64,000 nt of DNA from Nitrosopumilus sp. (GTDB taxonomy: Archaea; Thermoproteota; Nitrososphaeria; Nitrososphaerales; Nitrosopumilaceae): contig CBDBGZ010000009.1 of the NCBI GenBank assembly GCA_965205425.1, positions 1 through 64,000 on the forward strand, read 5' to 3'. Under the pieces are notes generated by a model. That model did not search any database. It worked only from the letters and a program-made list of their open reading frames with translations, and was not told the DNA's origin. Shown here piece after piece: positions 1 to 9,890 of the stretch. How positions within the stretch are numbered: the first letter of the stretch is position 1; each line of letters begins with the position of its first letter. Both the position numbers and the translations under genes were made by a program.

Positions 1-199
1 AATTTCTATGTGCTTCTATCTGCTCTGTTGAATTTGCCCATGGTCTGTCATTAACCTCGTTAACTATTCCTACAGGACCTACTCCATTTGCTTCTAGTTC
101 TTCTCCGCCTGGTACCTCTTGTGCCATTGCATTGTCCATTCCAGCAGGAACAAGTAATACAATTGCCAAGAGTGGTATTGAATATTTTACCAATGTCAT
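1..199 (-). CDS. Secreted protein, N-terminal part (runs off window start)
   Basis: Own translation MTLVKYSIPLLAIVLLVPAGMDNAMAQE...; signal-peptide-like; frame open to position 1. Confidence 0.6.
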   Translation of the reverse strand, partial: MTLVKYSIPLLAIVLLVPAGMDNAMAQEVPGGEELEANGVGPVGIVNEVNDRPWANSTEQIEAHRN

Positions 200-575
200 T
201 AGGATCAAGGATCGTATACTAGATTAAAAGAATGATGATCAGAATGGTGCTGTCCAAATTTTTTCCGCAAAACTTGCGAAAAGCTTATAGATCATGACGG
301 ATTCCGCCATGTTTTTTGATCACCAAATAACTGGCACATGTAATGACTGGGAAAAAGAAGCACAGGAACGCACTGTACGGTGCACACGTAACACAATACC
401 GCAAGCACGTCAGAAATCTCAAAGCACGAAAGTATCGCAACTACTCACAATATGAGAAGAATAGAAGGGCGAGAACAAGAAGATAAGGACAAGGATCAAG
501 CGAATCAAGAAGCTGATCCCCTCCGTGTGGAAAGATGCTACCAAAAACCTCGACACTTACCACGAAGAAGATTTG

Positions 576-642
576 TACACTGTTCAATCTCCGGAGCTTT
601 TCAACAGGGTGTTAAATTAGAGACTTTTTGTGTGAAGTTAGG
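576..642 (+). repeat. Left TIR of transposon 1
   Basis: Reverse complement of 6391-6457 with 4 mismatches. Confidence 0.95.
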
Positions 643-991
643 TGCTTTTCATATTGAAAAAATAACTGGAATTTTTAATTATTATTTTTGTAAATCTTGG
701 AATCTTCTTTAAGTAAATCCTCTAGCATATCTATTAGTTGAGGCGTATTCCACATACCTCCAACAGATTCAACTTTGAGAAATTCTATTGTTTCCTTTAG
801 TCTTTTGACTATTTCTTGATCTGATACTTCTATACCTAACATGACTATTCATTGAATAAAATTATGGTAATGGTTCATGCCCTCTTTTATATCCTGAAAA
901 TTTACGATACTCGTAATCAGTTAGTGGTGTTTGACATCCACATTTACAAAATGTTTTCATGATTTTGATGAATTTTACACATACAAAAAGT

Positions 992-2341
992 TTAGGAAAC
1001 TAGCTTGATCCAATAACTGTCTTTTCCATTAGATAACCATGCAAATCCATATAGTCTCAATATATCATTAATCTCTCGCCAGATGTGTTTATCGATCCAA
1101 CATTTAGGAATTATCCTGATACAATCACCTTCATTTACAATAGTTACTTTCTTGATTCGTTTCCCTAGATTATTTACAAAATTTGGTTTGCTTCCAGCTT
1201 GTTTGATTAAATCTAAATATTTGTCATTGCCCAGATTCAAGTCAATATTTGCAGCTTGAGCTGGCGTTTTACCTTTTAATCCTTGATGTGGTTTTACAAA
1301 ATTATGATTAATCTTTAACAGTTCTACAAAGTCTTGAGCAGAATCATCGTTACCTAGTCCACGTCTAGTTTTAGTATTTTCCCTAATTTCATTGTGGTAT
1401 CTTTCGATAGGTCTATTCACAAATCCATCTTTGAGAGATTTGGTTCTCACATGTGCAGTTCTATTTTCAAACTCTTTTCTGATTGCTTCTTGGTATGAGT
1501 TTAGAGAATCAGTTAGAACATAATTTGGGTTTTTTGAGATTGATTTTTTACCCCTTGCAATAATCTTTCTTGCATCTGAAATTTCCCTCTTTTTGGAAAC
1601 TTCTGTAGCAATTAGAAATCTAGTTTTTGGGTCAATGATACTCCATAACCAGTCATGAAATCCTTTACCTGTTTTCTTTGTATTTTTAACATTAAGATAC
1701 ATTTCATCAAGTGACCACACATCACCTAATTCAGGATAAAATGATTCCACATATTCTTTAATCATGTAAGTGTATTTCTTTATCCAGTTATTTACAGATA
1801 CATGACTAATTTTAATTTCATGTGTAGAGTAAACATGTCTTGCAATATTTCTGTATGAAACACCCGACATAACCAAGTTAAGGCATTCAGAGATTATTTT
1901 TGGATCAGATGAAACTTTGGAAAATCCGTTCTCACCCAAAATGAATTTACGATTACATTGTTTACAACCATATTTTTGTCTCTTTGTACCATTCTTTAAT
2001 TTCCTAAATCCACGTTTAATTATTGTAGTAGAACTACATTTTGGACAAACTTGAGGTTGTTCTGTTTTCTCTATTTTATTTTCTATGTTTATTGTATCTT
2101 GAAGTAACAAACAAGCTCGAATATGTTTGCAATGCTTATCATCCATTTTTCTCAATCTATAATGAAAATCTTTACACTCACAAGTCCATACATCAACTTT
2201 GGACAATTTTTTGATGTTATATTTTTTATCTGAATTTTGTGAATTTACAACATAGTGATTATTTGTAATTTTTCTAATTGAGTTTGTCTTTGAGAAAATT
2301 TGTGTTGCTTTTTGTTTTCTTTTATTGTTTGTAGACATCAC
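992..2341 (-). CDS. IS6-like DDE transposase with N-terminal SWIM-like finger and Zn ribbon
   Basis: CECKDF..CKH (SWIM-like), CPKC..CKQC, HTH, WSLDEM / LTDSL / IERYH catalytic triad, NFVKPH..KTPAQAA. Confidence 0.88.
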   Translation of the reverse strand: MMSTNNKRKQKATQIFSKTNSIRKITNNHYVVNSQNSDKKYNIKKLSKVDVWTCECKDFHYRLRKMDDKHCKHIRACLLLQDTINIENKIEKTEQPQVCPKCSSTTIIKRGFRKLKNGTKRQKYGCKQCNRKFILGENGFSKVSSDPKIISECLNLVMSGVSYRNIARHVYSTHEIKISHVSVNNWIKKYTYMIKEYVESFYPELGDVWSLDEMYLNVKNTKKTGKGFHDWLWSIIDPKTRFLIATEVSKKREISDARKIIARGKKSISKNPNYVLTDSLNSYQEAIRKEFENRTAHVRTKSLKDGFVNRPIERYHNEIRENTKTRRGLGNDDSAQDFVELLKINHNFVKPHQGLKGKTPAQAANIDLNLGNDKYLDLIKQAGSKPNFVNNLGKRIKKVTIVNEGDCIRIIPKCWIDKHIWREINDILRLYGFAWLSNGKDSYWIKLVS

Positions 2342-2434
2342 TATTAGTGGACTCTAATAGTGTATATAAATTTTAATATTTTAAGTGATCACTTTTAGTG
2401 AATGTTTTTATAGAAGTGGTGATCACCTTTAGTG
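2337..2434. promoter_or_regulatory. Divergent promoter region with three repeated operator-like boxes (ATCACnnTTAGTG)
   Basis: ATCACTATTAGTG at 2337-2349, GTGATCACTTTTAGTG at 2385-2400, GTGATCACCTTTAGTG at 2419-2434; TATA-like TATATAAA and TTTATA between them. Confidence 0.6.
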
Positions 2435-2572
2435 ATGCCAACGGTTACACGCAAGGTTTGGAAATGTTGTAGATGTGATCATGAATGGTTGTCTAGAGAT
2501 GGAGAAAAACCATTACGTTGTGCAAAGTGCAAAAGTGTCTACTGGGATCGTAACCCAAAAAAATCAAAGTGA
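2435..2572 (+). CDS. Small Zn-ribbon protein (45 aa), putative regulator of the R-M operon
   Basis: Own translation MPTVTRKVWKCCRCDHEWLSRDGEKPLRCAKCKSVYWDRNPKKSK; CxxC...CxxC; ends 6 nt before mod. Confidence 0.7.
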   Translation: MPTVTRKVWKCCRCDHEWLSRDGEKPLRCAKCKSVYWDRNPKKSK

Positions 2573-2578
2573 TGATTC

Positions 2579-4256
2579 ATGGCAGTTAACGGAAAAATCG
2601 ATTATAAAAAATGGAGTAAACCAGAACTTGTTAAAGAAATTCAAAAACTGAACAAGAGAAAAAAATATGGTCTAATTTGGGATGAGGAAAGAGTTAAAGA
2701 AGTTTTTGAAGAAGAAGTAAAGAAAAAACTTCCAGTTCTAAAAGATGTTACAAAAAATGGAATTGAAGATAAATCAAAACCCAATAATATTTTGATTGAA
2801 GGAGATAATTATCATGCACTTTCAGTTTTGAATTATAGTCATAAAGAAAAAATAGATGTTATCTATATTGATCCTCCTTATAATCTTGGAAATGAATTTA
2901 CGTATAATGATAAGATTGTAGATAGAGAAGATACATACAAACACAGTAAATGGCTATCATTTATGAAAAAGAGATTAGAACTGGCAAAGAAATTACTCTC
3001 TTCAAAAGGAATTATTTTTATTTCTATTGATGATAATGAACAAGCTCAATTAAAATTATTATGTAATGAAATTTTTGATGAAAATAATTTTATTGCCACT
3101 TTAATATGGCAGAAAAAACATACGTCTTCTAATGATGCAAAATATTTTTCAGACAATCATGATTTTATTTTTGTATATGCACGAGATTCAAAAAAATTAA
3201 AAATTAATCTTTTAACCCGAATGGAATCTCAATTATCAATTTATAAAAATCAAGATAATGATTCTCGAGGTGTTTGGGCATCAGGTCCATTACAAGTGAA
3301 AACTCCAAATCAAAAAGACATATATGAAATAATAACTCCAAGTGGTAGAAAAATTATGCCTCCTAAAGGTACAAGTTGGAGATTTTCAAAAAGAAAACTT
3401 GATGAATTGATAAAAGATAATAGGATATATTTTGGAAAATCTGGAAATAATGTGCCTAGATTTAAGCGATTTTTATCAGATGTTAGAGATGGAGTAATAC
3501 CAAAAACAATTTGGTTAAGAGATGAAGCTGGAGATAATCAAGAAGCAAAACAAGAACTACAAAATATTTTGCCTGATGATGTATTTTCTACACCAAAACC
3601 AGTTAGACTAATTAAAAGGATTTTACAAATTGCCTCAAACAAAGAGTCCTTGATTTTAGATTTCTTTGCGGGTTCGGGAACTACAGGACATGCAGTAATG
3701 GAATTGAATAAAGAGGATGAAGGAAACAGAAAATTTATTCTCTGTACAAATAATGAAAATAATATTTGTACTGATGTTTGTTATCCAAGATTAAAAAAAG
3801 TGATCAAGGGTTACAAGAGTGTCAAAGATAAAAAAATAGACGGATTAGGTGGTAATCTCAAATATTTCAAAACTTTGTTTGTAGATTCAGAACCAACAGA
3901 TCAGAATAAGAGGGTGATGGTGGAACAATCAACAGAAATGTTATGCTTAAAAGAAGATTGTTTTGAACTAGTCAAAAAAGGAAAACAATTCAAAATATTC
4001 AAGAATCATGAGAATAAATATCTTGGAATTATCTATTAATGATGGAATAGAATCATTCAAAAAAGAGGTTCTAAAATTGGATAAAAAAATCAATACGTAT
4101 GTATTTTCATTGACTGATGAAGTAAATACAGATGAGTTTGAAAATATCCGATCATTAGTAACTTTAAAACCAATACCTTCCGCAATACTAAATGTATACA
4201 AGAGGATATTTGCGTATGTTCAGACTAAGAAATTATCAAGAAAAACACGTAAGTGA
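2579..4256 (+). CDS. mod: Type III R-M methyltransferase Mod (beta-class N6-A), frameshifted near 4035
   Basis: IEGDN, YIDPPY motif IV, FSTPKP, LDFFAGSGTT motif I; ORF 2579-4039 continues in the overlapping frame 4008-4256. Confidence 0.9.
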
Positions 4257-6387
4257 GTTAAAACAAAAAATAGATGAATTTCTTAATTTAGAATCAAAGA
4301 AAATTTGCATTTTCAAGTCTCCGACTGGATCAGGTAAGACAATCATGATGGCTGAACTGATCAAGAGACTTGTAGATAATAGAAAGGATGGAAAAGAAAT
4401 TGCATTTATTTGGATTACTGTTCATAAACTACATGACCAAAGTAAGGAAAAATTAGAAAAATATTACGAGGATTTACAAACTGTAGGATGTGCAAATTTC
4501 AATGATTTACAAGACAAACAGATACAGGATAAAGAAATCTTGTTTTTCAACTGGCAGAGTATAAACCAAGAAAAAAATATCTACATACGAGAAAATGAAA
4601 ATGAGTTTAATCTATCAAAAGTCATAGAAAATACAAAAGATGAAGGTAGAGAAATAATCCTAATCATTGATGAAAGTCATCATACTGCAAGCTCTGAAAA
4701 ATCAAGAGAAATAATCCAAAAAATAAACCCAAAGGTAACGATAGAGGTTTCAGCTACGCCTAAAATTTCTGATACTGATTATGTTCAAAGTATTGATCTT
4801 CAAGAAGTCAAAGATGAAGAGATGGTGAAAAATTCTGTAAGATTAAATTATCATCTTGGAAATACTCAAGGTAGCACAACAGATGAATTAATCATAAAGA
4901 CAGCTCTTGAAAAAAGACAGGAATTAAAGAAAAGTTATGAGAATGAAAATTCTAGTGTGAATCCTCTGGTATTAATACAATTACCTGATTCACGCAAAGG
5001 AATGTCGGATAGAAAAGATCAAGTAATCGAACTCTTGAACTCAAGGTTTGGAATAAATACAAACAATGGTAAACTTGCAATTTATCTTTCAGACAAAGAC
5101 AACAAGGTAAATCTTGAAAATATTGAAAAAAATGAAAATGAGGTTGAAGTTTTAATCTTTAAACAGGCAATTACTGTAGGATGGGATTGTCCACGTTCAT
5201 CAATTCTTGTGTTATTTAGAGAATGGAAAAAATTTGAATTTTCTATACAGACAATAGGCAGAATAATTAGAATGCCAGAAATAAGACATTATGATAATGA
5301 TGAATTAAATCATGCCTATGTATACACAAACATTGAAGAAGTACAGATTGCCGAAGATGTCACAAGAGACTATATTACAATTTATGAGTCCATACGAAGA
5401 GAAGATCTTCATGAGGATATTGATCTAAAATCCATATACATAAAACGAAAACATGAAAAAACTCGTCTTAATGCAGAATTTCGCAAGATCTTTTCTAATG
5501 TTGCAAACAGACAACATATCATAGATAAAATTTCATTGAATGTTCCACAATTAGAACAGAATCTAATATCTGATGCAGAGATTATAGAATTGGATAAAAA
5601 CCAAAGTCTTCAAGGAACTTTACTGATTAGACAATCTGATGCAATGAATTTACAAAATAGATTCGATTCATTTGCAAGAGAAATGTCAGAACCTTTCGCA
5701 AAAGAACACTCTCACGGAATCATAAAAAGATGTATTCATCAATTTTTTGAGAAAAACACCAAAATAACTGATCTTATGGACATGGCAAACATAACATTGT
5801 CTACAAAAAATAAGGATCATTTTATCAGGGCAATATCTGAATCAAAATCTCAGTTTACCAGAGATGTTGTTGAAAAAATCAATCGTGAAACAGAAGATAT
5901 TCAAAAATGGAATATACCAAAAAATACAGAATATACCAAAGTCTATGACAAAAAAGACTACAAAAAATGCATAATGTCACCAGCTTATATCAAAACAGAC
6001 ATACAAAATGAGATCCGATTCATGGATTTTCTTGAAGAAGAAAATAACGTGAAATGGTGGTTTAAAAATGAGGTCAATGACAAGAAATACTTTGCCATAA
6101 AGTATGATGATCCTGAGACTGGAGAACCTCACGCATTTTATGTTGACTTTGTTATTCGCATGAATGATGGCAGAATAGGTCTATACGACACAAAAGCAGG
6201 ATTTACAGCCAAGATTGCCAAACCAAAGGCAGAGGCATTATCTAGATACATCAGAAACAACAAGTCCAAGAAGGTTTTTGGTGGTATTGCAGTATTTGAG
6301 AATGGTGAATGGTTGTACAATGACAATGAGGAATATGAGTATGATGAAAAGGATTTTTCAGACTGGAAACCTCTTGATCTGAATTAA
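4192..6387 (+). CDS. res: Type III restriction subunit Res (SF2 helicase plus PD-(D/E)xK nuclease); true start probably ~4216
   Basis: SPTGSGKT, IIDESH, GWDCP, QTIGRIIR; C-terminal FYVDF...YDTK. Confidence 0.9.
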   Translation: MYTRGYLRMFRLRNYQEKHVSELKQKIDEFLNLESKKICIFKSPTGSGKTIMMAELIKRLVDNRKDGKEIAFIWITVHKLHDQSKEKLEKYYEDLQTVGCANFNDLQDKQIQDKEILFFNWQSINQEKNIYIRENENEFNLSKVIENTKDEGREIILIIDESHHTASSEKSREIIQKINPKVTIEVSATPKISDTDYVQSIDLQEVKDEEMVKNSVRLNYHLGNTQGSTTDELIIKTALEKRQELKKSYENENSSVNPLVLIQLPDSRKGMSDRKDQVIELLNSRFGINTNNGKLAIYLSDKDNKVNLENIEKNENEVEVLIFKQAITVGWDCPRSSILVLFREWKKFEFSIQTIGRIIRMPEIRHYDNDELNHAYVYTNIEEVQIAEDVTRDYITIYESIRREDLHEDIDLKSIYIKRKHEKTRLNAEFRKIFSNVANRQHIIDKISLNVPQLEQNLISDAEIIELDKNQSLQGTLLIRQSDAMNLQNRFDSFAREMSEPFAKEHSHGIIKRCIHQFFEKNTKITDLMDMANITLSTKNKDHFIRAISESKSQFTRDVVEKINRETEDIQKWNIPKNTEYTKVYDKKDYKKCIMSPAYIKTDIQNEIRFMDFLEEENNVKWWFKNEVNDKKYFAIKYDDPETGEPHAFYVDFVIRMNDGRIGLYDTKAGFTAKIAKPKAEALSRYIRNNKSKKVFGGIAVFENGEWLYNDNEEYEYDEKDFSDWKPLDLN

Positions 6388-6390
6388 GAC

Positions 6391-6457
6391 CCTAACTTAA
6401 CACAAAAAGTCTCTAATTTAACAGGCAGTTGAAAAGCTCCGGAGATTGAACAGTGTA
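6391..6457 (-). repeat. Right TIR of transposon 1
   Basis: Inverted copy of 576-642, followed by TSD AAGATTTG. Confidence 0.95.
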
Positions 6458-6823
6458 AAGATTTGTAGTTATATCTCGTTAACTTACCAGTTCCGGTATA
6501 TTACATGAATATGCCTGAAACCCTTTCTACGGTTCTGGTGCATTTTGATGATCTACACACATAATCATGAATTATGGATCTTCTCAAGATTCGATTTTAT
6601 CTGACTTTGGTATTTCTATTTGAATGATTTACACTAAATTGTTTCAAAAAACCCTGCTGGTGCATTTTGATGATCTTTAGAATAATTTGATCTGAGAACA
6701 CATATCTCAAAGGAGTCACAGTAAAGGATTTCAGGCTTGGTCTTATTTTTTTAATATGGTGATTGGACAACTATGATTTTCACGTATAGTAGTTTTTTAT
6801 CTTAGGTGTTTATAACGTCATAG

Positions 6824-9076
6824 ATGGAAAAGAAATTAGATTTCAAAATTAGTGCTGGGCTCAAAAATATTATAGGAAAAGAGCTAATCACAGAAGATCA
6901 TACTGCCATCTTTGAATTGGTAAAAAATTCTTATGATGCTGATGCAACTAATGTTAAAATTATTTTTCAGAACATAAAATCGGAAGACAATACAAAATCA
7001 AAAATTCTCATTGTAGATAACGGAGTTGGAATGTCCTATGAAGAGTTAAAAAACAAGTGGTTATTTGTAGGATATTCTGAAAAAAAACTTGATAGTTCTC
7101 AAGAAAATTTCATAGATAAAATGAGTAAAAATAAAAGAATTTTTGCAGGTGCAAAAGGAATCGGCAGATTTTCTGCAGATAGATTAGGTGCCAAACTTCG
7201 AATGTATACAAAAACTGCAAATAATTCAGACATTCATTTTATTGATCTTGATTGGAGAAAATTTGAACATAACCAGCAAAAAGAATTCCACAAAATCAAA
7301 GTGGAGTACATTACTACCAAACACATGTCTTTAGAGAATTTTGAATTAAAAACTTTCAAACATGGTACGGTTCTAGAGATTTACCCTCTTAACACCGTCT
7401 GGAATGAAGACAAACTTTTGAGATTACGTAGATATTTACAACGTTTGGTAAACCCTAATCAGCTTGAAAAAAATAATCAATTCGAAATCGAAGTAATAGC
7501 AAAAGAATTTTCATATGATGACAGAGGAAAACCAAATTATCTTAAAATCAATGGCAAGATTGAAAACATAGTTTTTGAAAAATTAAAAATTAAAACAACT
7601 GAACTAAGTTCAGAAATTAAAGATGGAAAAATAATTACCACACTAAAGGACAAAGGAAGGTTTGTGTTTACCATTGAAGAAGAAAATACATTTGAACTAC
7701 TTGACAACATATCGATAAAAGTATTCTTCCTCAATAGAGATGCTAAGGCCGAATTTACACGCACGATGGGTCTTGTACCAGTAAGATTTGGTTCTATCTT
7801 TCTTTACAAAAATGGATTTCGTATACAACCGTATGGTGATGAAGGAGATGATTGGTTGAATCTAGACAAAAGGAAAACTCAGGGCCATAGCAGATATCTT
7901 TCTACTAGGGAAATTATGGGAAGAATCGAACTTCAAGGCCCACAACCCGAATTCAAGGAAGTTTCAAGTAGATCTGGAGGAGTTGTTTATACATCAGGAT
8001 ATGAACAATTGATAGATTTTTTCATCAGTAAAGTGCTTCGAAGAATTGAGAGATATGTTGTTGAGGGAATAGATTGGGATAAACCTGTTGAAGAAAGAAG
8101 GAAAACAGAAGATGAGATAATGCATGATAGTTTAGAAATTGTTAGTAAACTTGCAGGGCAGGTAAAAGACCCACAAAAATCAATCAGGTTCAATCCAGAC
8201 TTACTAAATATTTTCAAAGAAAGACAGATAGAAAACCTTCCCGACATGGTCAAAAACTTGGAACCTGTGATGGATTTTCTTCCTACAAAAGATCGTAAAT
8301 ATGTAGAATCTCAAATCAAACGAATTACTAACATTAGTAAGACATATTCTCAAGAGATGAAATCTGTTGCAAAAGAAAAAGAACAAAGTGAAAAAGAATT
8401 ACTGTTTCTAAAGAAAACACTTTCCAATGATGCACAGATGGTTCAAGATTATAATCATTCCATTACGATAACAACTGGAAATATAGCAACATATCTAAAA
8501 GAGCTTATAGACCTTGTAAAAAATCACTCATCTACAGATAAAATTCTTGAAGGAATTGAAAAAATAAGTATTGAGAATCAAAAAGCACGTGTACTCGCAT
8601 CAATAATTACTAATGCTACTTTTGACCTGAAACTTAGCAAGATTCCTGCAGACATTCCATCATATATCAAACAATATTTACAACAAGTCATATCTCGAGT
8701 ATCAAACAGAATACAATTCAAATTCATCAATGAGGATATTGAGTTTAAGACTAAATTCATCCCGCTGGAACTTTCTATGATTCTTGATAATTTCATCAGC
8801 AATTCTAGAAAAGCAAATTCAACAAAAATGTCATTTCAATTTAAAGTAAAAAATAAAAAATTGCATTTACTTGTAGCCGATAACGGACGAGGAATTTCCA
8901 AAGAAGACCGTAAATTTCTCTTTAAGAGAGGATTTACCACCACAAAACATGGTTCAGGAATTGGTCTTACACATATTAAGACATCTATAGAAAAAATGGG
9001 TGGTAGTGTAAGATTTGTTGAGAATAATTTTGAGGATTTGGGGAAAGGAGCATGTTTTGAGTTGGTGTTTGAATGA
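6824..9076 (+). CDS. MORC/GHKL ATPase fused to a C-terminal histidine kinase
   Basis: N-terminal ELVKNSYDADA, DNGVGM, GAKGIGRFS, HGT; coiled coil; putative H-box YNHSI; N-box DNFISNS; DNGRGI; FTT; GSGIGL. Confidence 0.88.
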   Translation: MEKKLDFKISAGLKNIIGKELITEDHTAIFELVKNSYDADATNVKIIFQNIKSEDNTKSKILIVDNGVGMSYEELKNKWLFVGYSEKKLDSSQENFIDKMSKNKRIFAGAKGIGRFSADRLGAKLRMYTKTANNSDIHFIDLDWRKFEHNQQKEFHKIKVEYITTKHMSLENFELKTFKHGTVLEIYPLNTVWNEDKLLRLRRYLQRLVNPNQLEKNNQFEIEVIAKEFSYDDRGKPNYLKINGKIENIVFEKLKIKTTELSSEIKDGKIITTLKDKGRFVFTIEEENTFELLDNISIKVFFLNRDAKAEFTRTMGLVPVRFGSIFLYKNGFRIQPYGDEGDDWLNLDKRKTQGHSRYLSTREIMGRIELQGPQPEFKEVSSRSGGVVYTSGYEQLIDFFISKVLRRIERYVVEGIDWDKPVEERRKTEDEIMHDSLEIVSKLAGQVKDPQKSIRFNPDLLNIFKERQIENLPDMVKNLEPVMDFLPTKDRKYVESQIKRITNISKTYSQEMKSVAKEKEQSEKELLFLKKTLSNDAQMVQDYNHSITITTGNIATYLKELIDLVKNHSSTDKILEGIEKISIENQKARVLASIITNATFDLKLSKIPADIPSYIKQYLQQVISRVSNRIQFKFINEDIEFKTKFIPLELSMILDNFISNSRKANSTKMSFQFKVKNKKLHLLVADNGRGISKEDRKFLFKRGFTTTKHGSGIGLTHIKTSIEKMGGSVRFVENNFEDLGKGACFELVFE

Positions 9077-9888
9077 CTAATGACATGAGCATTAATTTTT
9101 TGTTGATTGATGATGAACCTGCATCTGTAAAAAGCAGTATTGATGAAGTACTTGAGAATTTAGATGAAAAGGGGTATAAATCCAATCTGATTAAATTGGA
9201 AACTACCGATGACATAACATCTATAATAAAAAATAAAAAAATTGATATCGTTCTGACAGACAAAAATATTGAAAATCCAGGTGACGGATTAGACGTAGTC
9301 AGGAAGATACGTTCTGAGTTCCAACATCTTGATGTATTGTTTTATTCAGCTGACAAATATGACAGAAAAGAACTCGATGTTATTTGTCAGTATGGTTCTG
9401 TTGAAATTGTCGAAGGGAGAGAAATTCAAGATCGTTTTCAGACATTGGTAGAAAAAAATATTTCTCAATGGGAAAATATGAACTATTTGAGAGGAATAGT
9501 AATATCTAGAATTATCGAGATTGAGCTAGAAATAAATAATTTTATTGAAAAATATTTTTCTCAAACAAAAAATCATCGATTTAGAGATTTTGTGTTGGAA
9601 AACAAGCACATATCATTAGAAGCAAAAAAGACAATTCTTTCAAAGATTAAGGAATCTGAAAATGTTGAATTTTCAGGACTTGGAAATCTCGGAGATCTTC
9701 AGCAGAAGAGAAACCTTCTTGCACATTGTAAAGTAAAAGATGGGGAGAATAACAAGTTGATTCACATGGGAAACGATGAAGAATTTACACGAGATGACAT
9801 TCATAAAATATTTGGAAAAATAGATGGTTTTTCGTCATTATTGAAGGAATTTGAAGCAAAAATTGATGAAAAAAGAAGTTTGGAATAG
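9073..9888 (+). CDS. Response-regulator receiver domain fused to a HEPN-like helical domain
   Basis: FLLIDDE, IVLTD, FYSA receiver motifs; C-terminal RNLLAH (Rx4H); ATGA overlap with the kinase gene. Confidence 0.75.
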   Translation: MTNDMSINFLLIDDEPASVKSSIDEVLENLDEKGYKSNLIKLETTDDITSIIKNKKIDIVLTDKNIENPGDGLDVVRKIRSEFQHLDVLFYSADKYDRKELDVICQYGSVEIVEGREIQDRFQTLVEKNISQWENMNYLRGIVISRIIEIELEINNFIEKYFSQTKNHRFRDFVLENKHISLEAKKTILSKIKESENVEFSGLGNLGDLQQKRNLLAHCKVKDGENNKLIHMGNDEEFTRDDIHKIFGKIDGFSSLLKEFEAKIDEKRSLE

Positions 9889-9890
9889 CC

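Larger units (their letters stand above)
576..6457. mobile_element. Cargo transposon 1 (IS6-like DDE transposase plus type III R-M cargo)
   Basis: 67-bp TIRs at 576-642 and 6391-6457 (63/67 identical, TACACTGTTCAATCTCCGGAGCTTTTCAAC...); 8-bp TSD AAGATTTG at 568-575 and 6458-6465. Confidence 0.93.

Noticed and set aside
576..590. RAG/Transib RSS-like CACTGT at the TIR end
   Set aside because: Only a partial heptamer match, the TSD is 8 bp rather than 5, and the transposase is not Transib-like
452..712. 86-aa ORF
   Set aside because: It straddles the left TIR of transposon 1 and is a chimeric read-through
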